Shown: positions 9,470 through 20,278, counted from the stretch's first letter. The stretch: DNA of 50,416 nucleotides from Campylobacterota bacterium (GCA_034722955.1 JAYEOM010000028.1:1-50416), one strand, 5' to 3'. Numbers and translations are program-made. The notes: generated by a model not told the origin, from the sequence alone.

Positions 9470-12070
9470 ATGGTAGTTCGTATACTTCTACTGCTCTCTC
9501 TTTCCCTCTCATCACTCTGGTCGCTTGAAAATATCAAAATAGGTGTCTTGGCAAAGAGAAGTGCCGGTATAACCCTGCAAAAATACACAGCAACAGCTGA
9601 GTATCTCACTAAAGAGATCAGAGACTATACCTTTGAAATTGTACCGCTTGATTTTGAAAAACTTAAACAGAGTGTTGCAGACGATAAGATCGATTTTGTT
9701 CTTACCAATACAGCATATTATGTAGAGCTAGAACATGATTATGGTGTGAGTAGAATCGCAACACTCAAAAATATCAGCAGTGACGGCACCACAGTGAGTA
9801 GTTTTGGCGGGGTGATATTTACAAAACAAAATAGTGATATCCAAACATTGGATGATCTAAAGGGCAAGCGGTTTGGTGCAGTAGATATCAACTCATTTGG
9901 TGGCTGGATTATGGCACAAAAAGAGCTTAAAGACCATGGTGTCACAGTTGATGATTTTTCAGAATTTACCTTTTTTGGCTCTCACGACAGAGTAGTCTTG
10001 GCAATGAAAAATGGCAAAATTGATGCAGGGACTGTCAGAACAGATACTCTGGAACGAATGGCAAATGAGTGGACTATTGATCCTAAAATTTGCCGAATAT
10101 TATCCCCAAAGAGATACTCTGGATTTCCCTTTATGGTAAGTACAGAACTCTATCCGGAGTGGCCTTTTGCCAAGCTCTCAGCTACACCTCAAAAGTTAGC
10201 CAATGATGTACTCATCGCTCTTTTGCAGATGCCATCCTCCTCCAAAGCTGCACGAGATGCACGCATAGCAGGCTGGACTATACCACTGGATTACTCCAAA
10301 GTACACACTCTGCTTGAAGAGTTGCATCTTGGTTTTTACGGGGAGCTTAAAAAGTTTACTTTTTCTCACTTTTATGAGAAATATAAAGTATGGTTTTATG
10401 TTGTTGCTGTAGCATTTTTGTTGATTATGCTGGTTCTATTTTATATCCATAGGCTCAATATAACCATCAAAATACTCAATACAGGTCTAGAGAAAAAAGT
10501 CCATGAACGGACTGCATCTTTGGAAAAGATGTATACTCAAGAGAGATATCTCAAAGATGTTTTACGAACCATAGCAGATGTCAATAAGATACTGGTCAAC
10601 TCTTTTTCTACACAAACGGTGATTCAAAACTCTATGGATAGGTTAGCCAAACATAAACACTATAAATTTGTATGGATGGGACTAATAAAAGAGAATCTAC
10701 TAGAGGTCGTTAGCCAATCAGAAGATGACAAAAATCTACTAGATCAAAAACACTATACTCTCAAGAGCCACCACCACACCTTTGCATTAAATTCTGCTAA
10801 AAGTGCACTGGAACTCAATACCACTATTATAGAAAAATTGCCCAAGGAGTATCAGTTTGAAATTGGCGGTGATGAGTATAGCTGTTCGTCATGCTGGATT
10901 ATCATCTTGCCATTGAGGAGCAGTGAAAAAGAGGAAGCGCTAGGTACACTCTCTGTCTTCTCTGAGCATGAAGATGGCTTCGTGCCTGAAGAGGTGAAAA
11001 TGTTAGAAAACTTAGCCACAGATATTGGGTTTGCACTCTGCTCCATACAGCAAAATACTATGCTTGAAGAGATGGAGTTAGAGAAGATCTCCAACTACGA
11101 AGAGACTATTTTGGCCTTTGTCAATATCATAGAACAGCGTGATAGCTATACGGCTGGTCATACGGTTAGAGTAGCTGAGTATTGCCGTTATATCGCCGAA
11201 GAGATGGGTATTGACAAAGAGGAGATTAGAAAGCTGGAAAAAGCAGCCATACTGCATGATATAGGTAAAGTAGTGACACCTGATTCTATCTTGCTCAAAC
11301 CCGGCAACTTGACATCATTGGAGTATGATCTTATCAAACAGCACTCTTTTGCGGGTTATCAAATGCTCTCCAAAATAGAGATGTACAAGGATTTAGCAGA
11401 GATCATCAGGTATCATCATGTTCGCTATGATGGTACAGGATATCCCGAAACATCCAAAAATGGATCCCATCAGGTGCCGCTACTCTCTTATATCATTGCT
11501 GTTGCAGATGCGTTTGATGCGATGACAACCAACCGTATCTACAAAGCACGCAAAAGCGTAGCAGAAGCCATAGCAGAGATAGAACTCTTTAGTGGTACAC
11601 AATTTCATCCAGATGTAGCTAAGGCGGCTGTCGATAGTTTAAGAGATATTGCCACTACCAAAACAGTACAACTACCTAGTAATGCACTTGAAGAGCGCCG
11701 TTTTTCCTATTTTTTCAGAGACTCTTTGACGGATGCATATAATGAAAATTATCTCAAGCTTATACTTATCAAAAATGAAGAAGAGACACGATGCTTTAAT
11801 CTAATAAAATTAAAATATTTTTCCAAGTATAATAATAGACATGGCTGGAGTAGAGGAGACCAGTTTTTAAAAGAGTTTTATCTTATGCTGGAGACAAAAT
11901 ATCCTGATGCGATGATCTTTCGTTACCATGGTTATGATTTTATTCTGATTTTTAAAGAGCATGTTGTTATCAAAAAAGAGGATATCTTATCCTGGGACAT
12001 GATGAAAGAGTCTGATGTTTCGATCGAATATACTCATCATGATTTGGTTAATGGGGTGCCTTCTTTTTGA
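9470..12070 (+). CDS. Membrane sensor c-di-GMP phosphodiesterase: periplasmic phosphate/phosphonate-binding-like domain, TM, GAF, HD-GYP, degenerate GGDEF
   Basis: PhnD-like N-terminus (DLKGKRFGAV..SFGG..G.HDRVV..DAGTVRTD); RDSYTAGH..RV, LHDIGK, HHVRYDGTGYP, ADAFDAMT; C-terminal DSLT..N..RHGW..GD..L..RYHGYDF in place of GGDEF. Confidence 0.88.
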   Translation: MVVRILLLLSLSLSSLWSLENIKIGVLAKRSAGITLQKYTATAEYLTKEIRDYTFEIVPLDFEKLKQSVADDKIDFVLTNTAYYVELEHDYGVSRIATLKNISSDGTTVSSFGGVIFTKQNSDIQTLDDLKGKRFGAVDINSFGGWIMAQKELKDHGVTVDDFSEFTFFGSHDRVVLAMKNGKIDAGTVRTDTLERMANEWTIDPKICRILSPKRYSGFPFMVSTELYPEWPFAKLSATPQKLANDVLIALLQMPSSSKAARDARIAGWTIPLDYSKVHTLLEELHLGFYGELKKFTFSHFYEKYKVWFYVVAVAFLLIMLVLFYIHRLNITIKILNTGLEKKVHERTASLEKMYTQERYLKDVLRTIADVNKILVNSFSTQTVIQNSMDRLAKHKHYKFVWMGLIKENLLEVVSQSEDDKNLLDQKHYTLKSHHHTFALNSAKSALELNTTIIEKLPKEYQFEIGGDEYSCSSCWIIILPLRSSEKEEALGTLSVFSEHEDGFVPEEVKMLENLATDIGFALCSIQQNTMLEEMELEKISNYEETILAFVNIIEQRDSYTAGHTVRVAEYCRYIAEEMGIDKEEIRKLEKAAILHDIGKVVTPDSILLKPGNLTSLEYDLIKQHSFAGYQMLSKIEMYKDLAEIIRYHHVRYDGTGYPETSKNGSHQVPLLSYIIAVADAFDAMTTNRIYKARKSVAEAIAEIELFSGTQFHPDVAKAAVDSLRDIATTKTVQLPSNALEERRFSYFFRDSLTDAYNENYLKLILIKNEEETRCFNLIKLKYFSKYNNRHGWSRGDQFLKEFYLMLETKYPDAMIFRYHGYDFILIFKEHVVIKKEDILSWDMMKESDVSIEYTHHDLVNGVPSF

Positions 12071-12180
12071 TCAAAATGCAAATAGTTGGGTCAAAACAGT
12101 GTCACGCCTGAAAATTTGTAATTTAAACTCAGTAGAGTATAATACCAAAACTATCAACTAAGGCTAACCCAAGGAGTCCT

Positions 12181-13113
12181 ATGCGAACGATATTACTGTT
12201 GACACTTTTTTTCTACACCTCCATCTATGCGATCGAAGAGAGAAGAGCCATCCATACTTGTGAACTCTTTAACAACATGAAACATACCAAAAATAGTGGT
12301 CAACATAGACTAGAAGAGGGAGTTTCATATAGAATCATCAAAGAGCAGGGTGAGCAGTACTATGTCACTGTGCCTGATATCACAATACCCAATCGCTGGG
12401 TAGATAGAAGCTGCTTCGATGGTGCCAACAGACTCCAAGTCAAAAAGAGCAAGAGTAAAAATTTCATAGTTGAGAAGCACCCAAAAGAGCTTCTACTTGC
12501 GATGAGTTGGCAAAATGCTTTTTGCCAAACACACCGCAACAGAAGGGAGTGCCGTCTGAGTGGAGATAGTCGCATAACCAATAAACACTTTGTACTGCAT
12601 GGTCTATGGCCTCAACCTAGAGACAATCTCTACTGCAGTGTACCGCACAAGCAGAAACAGTATGATAAAAATCGCCAATGGAATCGACTGCCGAAGCTAG
12701 AATTGAGTGATGAGATACGCAAAGAACTACTAAATGTAATGCCTGGAGTCATGTCAAATCTCCATCGTCATGAGTGGATAAAGCATGGTACCTGTTATGG
12801 TACAGATGCCAATAGCTATTATGCTGAAGCGATATCACTATCACAACAGGTCAATCGTTCAAAGCTGAGCCGTTTTTTTGCTAACAATCAAGGTAGAGTA
12901 GTGACACTTGAGCAGGTTCGATTCAAAGCGGATGAGAGTTTTGGTAGAGGAGCTGGCAAGCGTGTAGAGTTGCGTTGCAAAAGTGGGATGATAACAGAAC
13001 TCTGGTTTCATTTGGGGTATGGAGGTGATGATCTCTCTACTCTGCTCAAGGGGGGTAAAGTTGTCAGAAGTCGCTGTCAGAGAGGTTTGATAGATAGAGC
13101 AGGGTTTAGATGA
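12181..13113 (+). CDS. Secreted ribonuclease T2 family protein
   Basis: Signal peptide; SWQNAFC, CAS I motif FVLHGLWP and CAS II motif HEWIKHGTC. Confidence 0.93.
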   Translation: MRTILLLTLFFYTSIYAIEERRAIHTCELFNNMKHTKNSGQHRLEEGVSYRIIKEQGEQYYVTVPDITIPNRWVDRSCFDGANRLQVKKSKSKNFIVEKHPKELLLAMSWQNAFCQTHRNRRECRLSGDSRITNKHFVLHGLWPQPRDNLYCSVPHKQKQYDKNRQWNRLPKLELSDEIRKELLNVMPGVMSNLHRHEWIKHGTCYGTDANSYYAEAISLSQQVNRSKLSRFFANNQGRVVTLEQVRFKADESFGRGAGKRVELRCKSGMITELWFHLGYGGDDLSTLLKGGKVVRSRCQRGLIDRAGFR

Positions 13114-14399
13114 GTGATGTGACTGATATACTAGAGGCACTCAAACATACCAATGTTTTTTTGACAGGAGGAGCCGGTGTAGGTAAAAGCTATATGACCA
13201 ATGAGGTGATATCACAATTTAGGAGAGATGGTAAACAAGTCGCAGCACTAGGCTCTACAGGTGTGAGTGCAGTCAATATCGGTGGATTTACAGTGCATAG
13301 TTTCTTTGTCTTTGGGATCTCTGCCAATTTTGATGAACTCAAGATGGGTGACAAACGGGTAAAACATCGACTCTCTGATCTCAAGAAAATTCTAAAAGCA
13401 ACGGATCTCATTATCATAGATGAGATCTCTATGATCAGTACAGATCTTCTCGATATGATCGCCTATCGTCTCAACACTCTGGGCTATCTAGGCAAACTCC
13501 TCTTGGTTGGTGACTTTTTTCAGTTACCGCCCATACAGAAACAGAAGGAGAAAAAGGCTCTTTTTGGAGATAGACTTTATGCTTTTGAGAGCAGTGCCTG
13601 GGAGCAGTTTGAGCTGATGGTGATCGAGCTGACAGAGATGAAACGGACAGAAGATAGAGAGTTTACAAAGATTTTGCATAAGATTCGCCGTGGGATTTGC
13701 GATGATGAGGTTCTCTCCTATATAACTAGGCTCTGGAACAATGATAGTGCAGATCAGGGTGACCCCACATATCTATATGGACGCAACTTGGAGGTAGAGC
13801 AGATCAACCGTGCCAAGATAGATGAGCTTGAGACAGATGAGACTATTCTCTTTGCTCATATAGAGATGTTCGGAAAAGTTCATGAGAAAAAACTGCTAGG
13901 GTGGAAAAAAATGCTACCTGTTAGTGAACAGTTGATTCTAAAAGAGGGTGTGCCTATACTATTCACTGTCAATAAATGGGGTAAATTTGTCAATGGAGAA
14001 CGAGGTATACTGCGCAGTATAGAGGAGGATCACCTCATCGTAGAGAAGGAGGAGGAGTTTGTGAGGGTTGAGCGTCACACCTTTGATCTCCTTGATATGC
14101 TGGTTAAACCAGATGGCACAATAGAGACGATCTCTCTAGCAACACTGTCACAGTTCCCTCTAAAACTAGCTTATGCTGTAACTATCCACAAATCACAAGG
14201 CATGAGTATCGACAGACTAGTTTGCAATGTTGATAATATCTTTGCGCCAAGCCAGTTCTATGTGGCGATATCCAGAGCTATAGACCCAAAAAGGTTGAAG
14301 ATAGACTTTAGTCGTGGAGATTTGACCCGCTATCTACAGAGAGTTATCAGTGTAGATCATAGAGTCGTAGAGTATTATGATCAACTTGAAACAGATTGA
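13110..14399 (+). CDS. PIF1-like SF1B DNA helicase
   Basis: FLTGGAGVGKS Walker A, STGVSAVNIGGFTVHSF, IIDEISM, GDFFQLPPI, VNGERG, QFPLKLAYAVTIHKSQGMS, YVAISRA. Confidence 0.92.
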   Translation: MSDVTDILEALKHTNVFLTGGAGVGKSYMTNEVISQFRRDGKQVAALGSTGVSAVNIGGFTVHSFFVFGISANFDELKMGDKRVKHRLSDLKKILKATDLIIIDEISMISTDLLDMIAYRLNTLGYLGKLLLVGDFFQLPPIQKQKEKKALFGDRLYAFESSAWEQFELMVIELTEMKRTEDREFTKILHKIRRGICDDEVLSYITRLWNNDSADQGDPTYLYGRNLEVEQINRAKIDELETDETILFAHIEMFGKVHEKKLLGWKKMLPVSEQLILKEGVPILFTVNKWGKFVNGERGILRSIEEDHLIVEKEEEFVRVERHTFDLLDMLVKPDGTIETISLATLSQFPLKLAYAVTIHKSQGMSIDRLVCNVDNIFAPSQFYVAISRAIDPKRLKIDFSRGDLTRYLQRVISVDHRVVEYYDQLETD

Positions 14400-14489
14400 A
14401 GTTCCCATATGATATAATATATATTTAAGTCAAGTACTATAAAATCAAACAATAAGAGCAGCTGCAAAAATTATAACCTATAAGGATAA

Positions 14490-16946
14490 GTGTTGAGTAC
14501 ACATGAGATTGATGAAGATGAGATAGATATAAAAGAGGTCTTTAGAACACTAAGTAGATATAGATGGACTATTTTGATTGTGGTAGTAGCAGCAACTCTT
14601 TTTGCCATGGTTTTTGCCTATTTTAAGCCAAATATATATTCAAGTTTTTCAACGATTGAGATAGGAATAGAGGATGATTACCGTAAGGGAAATGATATCC
14701 TTGAGATGGCAACAGGATCTGGTGGCAGTCATACTACTGATACAGAGATAGAGATTCTGAAGTCTCGTTCTGTAGCAAATCATGCTCTGCAGAGTGTAGA
14801 TTTTTCTCATCGCTACTATACTACGACAAATATGAAAGAGTATGAACTATATAAAAGCTCTCCCTTTGATGTCAATTTGACTAAAGGCTATAACCTATCT
14901 TTTCACATCTATCCATATAGTCAAAATAGATACAAGGTCAAGGTCAAGGGTATAGATAAAAATACAGATCAAAAATGGGAATATAATAGAGTTCACACTT
15001 TTGGAAAGCGTGTTAGAGGTGACCACTTCTCTTTTGTCTTAAGCCCAAAAAAAGGCAAAAGTTTAGTAAATAAGCACTATCGCTTTGTTGTTCTTGATGA
15101 TGAGCTTGCTGTTGACTCTGCTAGAGAGGGGGTATCGATCAGTGTTGCAGGCAAAAATACCAATATACTTGTCATCAACAATAGGGATACTGTTGCACTG
15201 CGAGCACAGGAGTATGCCAATGCCCTAGCAGATGTTTATATTACTCAAAGTATATATAAAAAAACACGAGAAGCATCAAAAACACTCTCTTTCGTTGATG
15301 CGCAGCTCAAGAAGATCAATGATAATCTCAACAACTCTGCTGTCAAGTTGGAAAATTTCAAAAAAGATACCAAAATTATAAGCTTGGACACACAGGCAGA
15401 GAGCATTGTCGAGAGTATGTCTACAGCAGAGCAGAATCTAGCTACCATCAAGATCGAAGAGGGTATGCTCAATATACTTTATACTCAAGTAAAGTCAGGG
15501 AAAAATCTAGAGACGATCTCAATGAGTGGTTTTTATAGTGGAGCAGGAGAGCAGTCAGGAGGTCAGACACTAACCAAGTTGATACAAGAGCTACAGCAAT
15601 CTATAATGAAACTAAAAAATCTTAAAGCAGACTTCACAGAAGAGTATCCTGAAGTGCGCAAACTCAGACGACAGATAGTACAGACGCAAAAGATTATCAT
15701 TGAGATGATCAAAAATATGAAAAAGAACTATTCAGAACGCAAAAAATTACTAGAGCAATCCATAGCGGAGTATCAAAAAAAGATCAACAGACTTCCTGAG
15801 AATGAGAGAGTTTTTGGTGGATTGCAGCGTAAATTTGTTGTAAATGAGAAGATCTACTCATATCTACTAGAGAGACAAGCCGGAACTGCTATAGCCAAAG
15901 CTTCTACCGTCAGTAAAAATCAGATTTTGGATAGTGCCATCTATCCTAGAAAACCTGTAGAACCCAAAAGAAAGTTGATCGTGATCGTGGGTATGATTCT
16001 CGGTCTTATATTGGGAATTTCTTTGGCATTTTTGAGAGACTTTCTCGATGATACTATCAACAGCGATGAGGATATCAAGCAGATTACTAATGCTCCGCAG
16101 TTGGGAATGATCCCAAACATGGGAAAAGATAAGGAGATACTCAAAGTATTTAGATCTCCCAAATCATCTGCAGCAGAATCATTTCGTAATCTTCGTACCA
16201 ATCTTCAATTTATGGCACCAGAAGAGACTTCACAAGTCATCTCTGTCACTTCAACTGTTGGAGGAGAGGGGAAGACTACAGTCTGTGCTAACTTGGGTGG
16301 CATAATGAGTTTGACTCATAAGCGTGCTATCATTCTCAATCTTGATATGCGTAAGCCGGCACTACATAAGAAATTTAATCTTCCAAACTCGGCAGGGATG
16401 AGTACTCTGCTCTCTAACCATGCTGAGTTAGCAGCTGTAATCCAAAGTACGCAGTATGAAGATTTGGATATTATCTCATCTGGACCTATTCCGCCAAATC
16501 CTAGCGAACTGATCCAAGGCAGAAGGATGAAAGATGTTATCTCTAAACTTAAGCTTGTTTATGATGTGATCATACTTGATACACCGCCGGTTGGGTTGGT
16601 GACAGATGCAAGAATGCTGATGCGTCTATCTGATGCGACTATCTATGTTACGCGTGCAGGCGTATCAAAGAAAAAAACCATGCATTTAGCACAAGAGTTT
16701 TTAACAGATAGTAATATCAAAGGTTTTAGTGTTCTGCTCAATGGGGTAGATATAGATAAAAATGGATATGGATACGGATATGGATACGGATATGGATATG
16801 GATATGGATATTATGAAGAGGATAAGGCAACTAACAGTTTCTCTATACCTTATCATGAGTATCTTCACACTTTTCAGGAAACCCTACTAAAGTATAGTAC
16901 AAGCTTTTCCAATTCCGTTAAGAAGTGGTGGTCTAGCAGTAGATAG
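14490..16946 (+). CDS. wzc: Polysaccharide co-polymerase / tyrosine autokinase (Wzc family)
   Basis: Wzz N-terminal TM, coiled coil, P..PVEPKRKL TM, ESFRNLRTNL, TSTVGGEGKT, DMRKP, SGPIPPNPSEL, DTPPVG, C-terminal Tyr cluster. Confidence 0.9.
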   Translation: MLSTHEIDEDEIDIKEVFRTLSRYRWTILIVVVAATLFAMVFAYFKPNIYSSFSTIEIGIEDDYRKGNDILEMATGSGGSHTTDTEIEILKSRSVANHALQSVDFSHRYYTTTNMKEYELYKSSPFDVNLTKGYNLSFHIYPYSQNRYKVKVKGIDKNTDQKWEYNRVHTFGKRVRGDHFSFVLSPKKGKSLVNKHYRFVVLDDELAVDSAREGVSISVAGKNTNILVINNRDTVALRAQEYANALADVYITQSIYKKTREASKTLSFVDAQLKKINDNLNNSAVKLENFKKDTKIISLDTQAESIVESMSTAEQNLATIKIEEGMLNILYTQVKSGKNLETISMSGFYSGAGEQSGGQTLTKLIQELQQSIMKLKNLKADFTEEYPEVRKLRRQIVQTQKIIIEMIKNMKKNYSERKKLLEQSIAEYQKKINRLPENERVFGGLQRKFVVNEKIYSYLLERQAGTAIAKASTVSKNQILDSAIYPRKPVEPKRKLIVIVGMILGLILGISLAFLRDFLDDTINSDEDIKQITNAPQLGMIPNMGKDKEILKVFRSPKSSAAESFRNLRTNLQFMAPEETSQVISVTSTVGGEGKTTVCANLGGIMSLTHKRAIILNLDMRKPALHKKFNLPNSAGMSTLLSNHAELAAVIQSTQYEDLDIISSGPIPPNPSELIQGRRMKDVISKLKLVYDVIILDTPPVGLVTDARMLMRLSDATIYVTRAGVSKKKTMHLAQEFLTDSNIKGFSVLLNGVDIDKNGYGYGYGYGYGYGYGYYEEDKATNSFSIPYHEYLHTFQETLLKYSTSFSNSVKKWWSSSR
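16764..16811 (+). repeat. 8 x GGATAY hexamer tandem repeat encoding the (GY)8 tyrosine cluster of Wzc
   Basis: GGATAT GGATAC GGATAT GGATAC GGATAT GGATAT GGATAT GGATAT read directly from the sequence. Confidence 0.95.
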
Positions 16947-17103
16947 TTAATATAGAGGTTATAGATATGAGGGCAGTTGTATGTCCTGATATTGTTGTCT
17001 CCTCTCACTACGAAACCTATAATAAAAATATCCATCCTCTTGAATATTTAAAATCAATATTATGATATAATCCACGCTTCAACACAAAATATAAGGAGAT
17101 AAA

Positions 17104-18573
17104 ATGAATTTTAAATTAACTACAGAGAGACTCAACAGCATCAAAGCAGACTTGGAGATTATTATTGTTATCGGCAAAGATTTGAAACATGAGTTTGTCA
17201 AAGATAGAAAAACTCTTAAAAAAGCAGGTTTTTCAGGCAAACATGAGGAGAGCTGTCTGCTTGCTGAAAAAGGGCGGCTCTATATCGGTTCTGAGAGTAT
17301 CAAGAGTCCGGATATTCGTTCTGCAGTTGCTGTAGGTATCCGTTCACTTAGAGGTACTACATTCAAATATGCCAAAATAGCCAGCTATATGAGTCATCCT
17401 AAATGCACTGCTGTCCTTAGAGGTATGGTTGAGGGGATAACTCTGGGTGCTTATCACTTTGATACTTACAAGAGTAAAAAGAGTCCTAAAAATCTGAAAA
17501 ATATCACTATATCACTCGAAGAGTATCATGGTTATGAGCTAAACCAAGAGAGTTGTCAAAGAGCTATAGACAATGCACAGGTCGGGGCAAAAGCCACTAA
17601 CTATACTCGTGATATTGTCAATACTTCTCCAGACGATTGTTATCCGGCAGTGATGGCAAAGATGGCACAAAAGCTTGCTAAAAATAGTACTCTAGAGTGT
17701 ACAATTCTCAACCCAAAAATGATTCGAAAAGAGAATATGAATAGTTTGCTGGCAGTAGCTCGTGCAAGTCGCCATGAACCAAGAGTTATCCACCTTTCTC
17801 ATAAGCCTAAAGATCCAAAAGCCATTATCTCCATAGTTGGCAAGGGACTCACTTATGATAGTGGCGGACTCAGCCTAAAACCCGCAGACTTTATGGTTAC
17901 CATGAAAGCTGACAAGAGTGGAGGTGCAGCGGTTATGGGGATCATGAAAGCCGTCTCGCAGATGAATTTGCCAGTTGAAGTTCATGGTTTTATAGGTGCA
18001 GTGGAGAATATGATAGGCGGAGATGCATACAAACCCGATGATGTTCTCATCGCAAAAAATGGTAAAACCATCGAAGTACGCAATACAGATGCAGAGGGTC
18101 GTCTCGTGCTTGCAGATGTATTATGTTATGCACAACAAGAGGTTAAAGCCCACTATCTCTTTGATATGGCTACTCTAACAGGTGCTTGTGTAGTAGGTGT
18201 AGGTCACTATACTTCAGGTGTCATGGGCAATAGTAATATGCCTATAGATATGGTACTCAATGCTGCCAATAAAATCTCCGGAGAGATGGCAACCAAACTA
18301 GACTTCAACCACTATCTTGGTAAATCTCTCAAGAGTGAAGTTGCTGATATCTCCAATGTCTCCAATACTCGCTATGGTGGAGCTATCACGGCTGGTATGT
18401 TCCTCTCAGAGTTTATCGATGAGGATCACAAAGATCGCTGGGCACATATAGATATCGCAGGACCTGCTTTTGTCGAACATGCTTGGGGTGAAAACCCTAG
18501 TGGAGCGACAGGAGCAGGTGTACGAATGATGCTTAGACTCATAGAAAAAGTATCTAGAGGTGATGGACATTAG
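17104..18573 (+). CDS. pepA: Leucyl aminopeptidase (M17)
   Basis: VGKGLTYDSGGLSLKP, MKADKSG, NTDAEGRLVLAD, ATLTGAC, HIDIAG. Confidence 0.96.
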   Translation: MNFKLTTERLNSIKADLEIIIVIGKDLKHEFVKDRKTLKKAGFSGKHEESCLLAEKGRLYIGSESIKSPDIRSAVAVGIRSLRGTTFKYAKIASYMSHPKCTAVLRGMVEGITLGAYHFDTYKSKKSPKNLKNITISLEEYHGYELNQESCQRAIDNAQVGAKATNYTRDIVNTSPDDCYPAVMAKMAQKLAKNSTLECTILNPKMIRKENMNSLLAVARASRHEPRVIHLSHKPKDPKAIISIVGKGLTYDSGGLSLKPADFMVTMKADKSGGAAVMGIMKAVSQMNLPVEVHGFIGAVENMIGGDAYKPDDVLIAKNGKTIEVRNTDAEGRLVLADVLCYAQQEVKAHYLFDMATLTGACVVGVGHYTSGVMGNSNMPIDMVLNAANKISGEMATKLDFNHYLGKSLKSEVADISNVSNTRYGGAITAGMFLSEFIDEDHKDRWAHIDIAGPAFVEHAWGENPSGATGAGVRMMLRLIEKVSRGDGH

Positions 18574-18643
18574 AAATCCGAAACAAAAGCACCCTTTGGA
18601 TATAATCGCGAATAAACTATAATACTAATAGAGGAAGAGAATA

Positions 18644-19747
18644 ATGGGATTAGGAATAGGACTGGTAGGACTACCCAATGTAGGGAAGTCAACAACATTT
18701 AATGCACTCACAAAAGCACAAAATGCAGAGAGTGCAAATTATCCTTTTTGTACGATAGAGCCAAACAAAGCAGTTGTACCTGTACCTGATGATCGTCTTG
18801 ATGCTTTGGCAAAGATAGTCAATCCTGAGAGAGTACAGCACTCTACACTAGATTTTGTAGATATAGCAGGACTTGTCAAGGGTGCTAGCAAAGGTGAAGG
18901 TCTTGGTAATAAATTTCTCACCAATATCCGTGAAACAGAGGTGATACTAGAGATAGTTCGCTGCTTTGAAGATGAAAATATCACACATGTTGAAGGCTTG
19001 ATAGACCCTATCCGTGATATTGAGATCATCGAGCAGGAGCTACTCTTTGCTGATATAGACTCACTGCAAAAACGGATAGACTCTCTGACTAAAAAGGCTC
19101 GTGGCAATGATAAAGATGCAAAAACACAACTAGTTATCGCAGAAGCTTTGATGGAGTTCATCGCTGAGGGCAATCCTGTATCAAGCTTTGAAGATATAGA
19201 TGATGATGCATTTGTCACTATGAATAGAGAGATGAGACTTCTCACAAGCAAAGAGATCATCTATGGAGCCAATGTAGATGAGGGTGGACTGGAGGAGGAT
19301 AGTGAGTTTGTCAAAGCACTCCGAGAGTATGCCAAAGAGAAGAACCGTGAAGTGATCAAGCTATGTGCCAAAGTTGAAGAGGAGATGGTAGAGTTCGATG
19401 AGGAGGAGAAGAGTGAGATGCTAGAGTCTCTGGGTGTATCTGAGTCTGGACTAGATCAAATCATTCGCAAAGGGTTTGATAAACTGGGACTCATGAGCTA
19501 CTTTACCGCAGGGGTCAAAGAGGTGAGAGCTTGGACTATACGCAAAGAGACTACTGCTCCCAAAGCCGCAGCTGTTATACACAATGATTTTGAAAAAGGT
19601 TTCATTCGTGCAGAGGTTATCTCTTATGATGAGTTCATCACTTATGGTGGAGATGCAGGAGCCAAAGAGGCAGGAAAGATGAGACTAGAGGGTAAAGAGT
19701 ATATAGTGCAGGATGGTGATGTAATGCACTTTAGATTCAATGTATAG
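18644..19747 (+). CDS. ychF: Redox-regulated ATPase YchF
   Basis: GLVGLPNVGKST, ANYPFCTIEPN, DIAGLVKGASKGEGLGNKFL, C-terminal EGKEYIVQDGDVMHFRFNV. Confidence 0.98.
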   Translation: MGLGIGLVGLPNVGKSTTFNALTKAQNAESANYPFCTIEPNKAVVPVPDDRLDALAKIVNPERVQHSTLDFVDIAGLVKGASKGEGLGNKFLTNIRETEVILEIVRCFEDENITHVEGLIDPIRDIEIIEQELLFADIDSLQKRIDSLTKKARGNDKDAKTQLVIAEALMEFIAEGNPVSSFEDIDDDAFVTMNREMRLLTSKEIIYGANVDEGGLEEDSEFVKALREYAKEKNREVIKLCAKVEEEMVEFDEEEKSEMLESLGVSESGLDQIIRKGFDKLGLMSYFTAGVKEVRAWTIRKETTAPKAAAVIHNDFEKGFIRAEVISYDEFITYGGDAGAKEAGKMRLEGKEYIVQDGDVMHFRFNV

Positions 19748-19765
19748 CTTAACTGAGGAGATAGT

Positions 19766-20278
19766 ATGAAAAAAATCCTATTGATCACACTGTTTGCACT
19801 GGTTTTTCTCGGATGTGAAAATAGAAAAGGTGCATTTATAGAAACGGTCCAGAGTAAATACACGACCCAAGAGGGTGTCAAAACATTTGAGAAGATTTTA
19901 GAGGAGAGTGGTCTATCTCTCTTTCAAGTAATCGATCATGCACAAAATGCAAAAAATGCTGAGATGGAGATGCTCTCAACAACTGTCGTAGTTTTTGGCA
20001 ATCCCAAAATGGGAACTCTGCTTATGCAGTGCAACCAAACTATGGGGCTGGATCTTCCACTCAGGATGCTCTTCTACTCTGACTATGAAGGAAACCACTG
20101 GATCTCCTATACCAACCCTGAATATTATACACTCAAACATAATATCAAAGATAAGAGCTGTTTAGCAATTATTGGCAAAGTCAATATCGCTCTTCAGACA
20201 CTTGCAGGTGAGCTAAAAGAGTCTAATGTAACAGTTCAAACTATAGAATCCAATACCACAACAGAGGATAAAAGATGA
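19766..20278 (+). CDS. DUF302 domain lipoprotein
   Basis: Lipobox FLGC; IDHAQNA, VVFGNPKMGTLLMQ, GLDLPLRML. Confidence 0.85.
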   Translation: MKKILLITLFALVFLGCENRKGAFIETVQSKYTTQEGVKTFEKILEESGLSLFQVIDHAQNAKNAEMEMLSTTVVVFGNPKMGTLLMQCNQTMGLDLPLRMLFYSDYEGNHWISYTNPEYYTLKHNIKDKSCLAIIGKVNIALQTLAGELKESNVTVQTIESNTTTEDKR

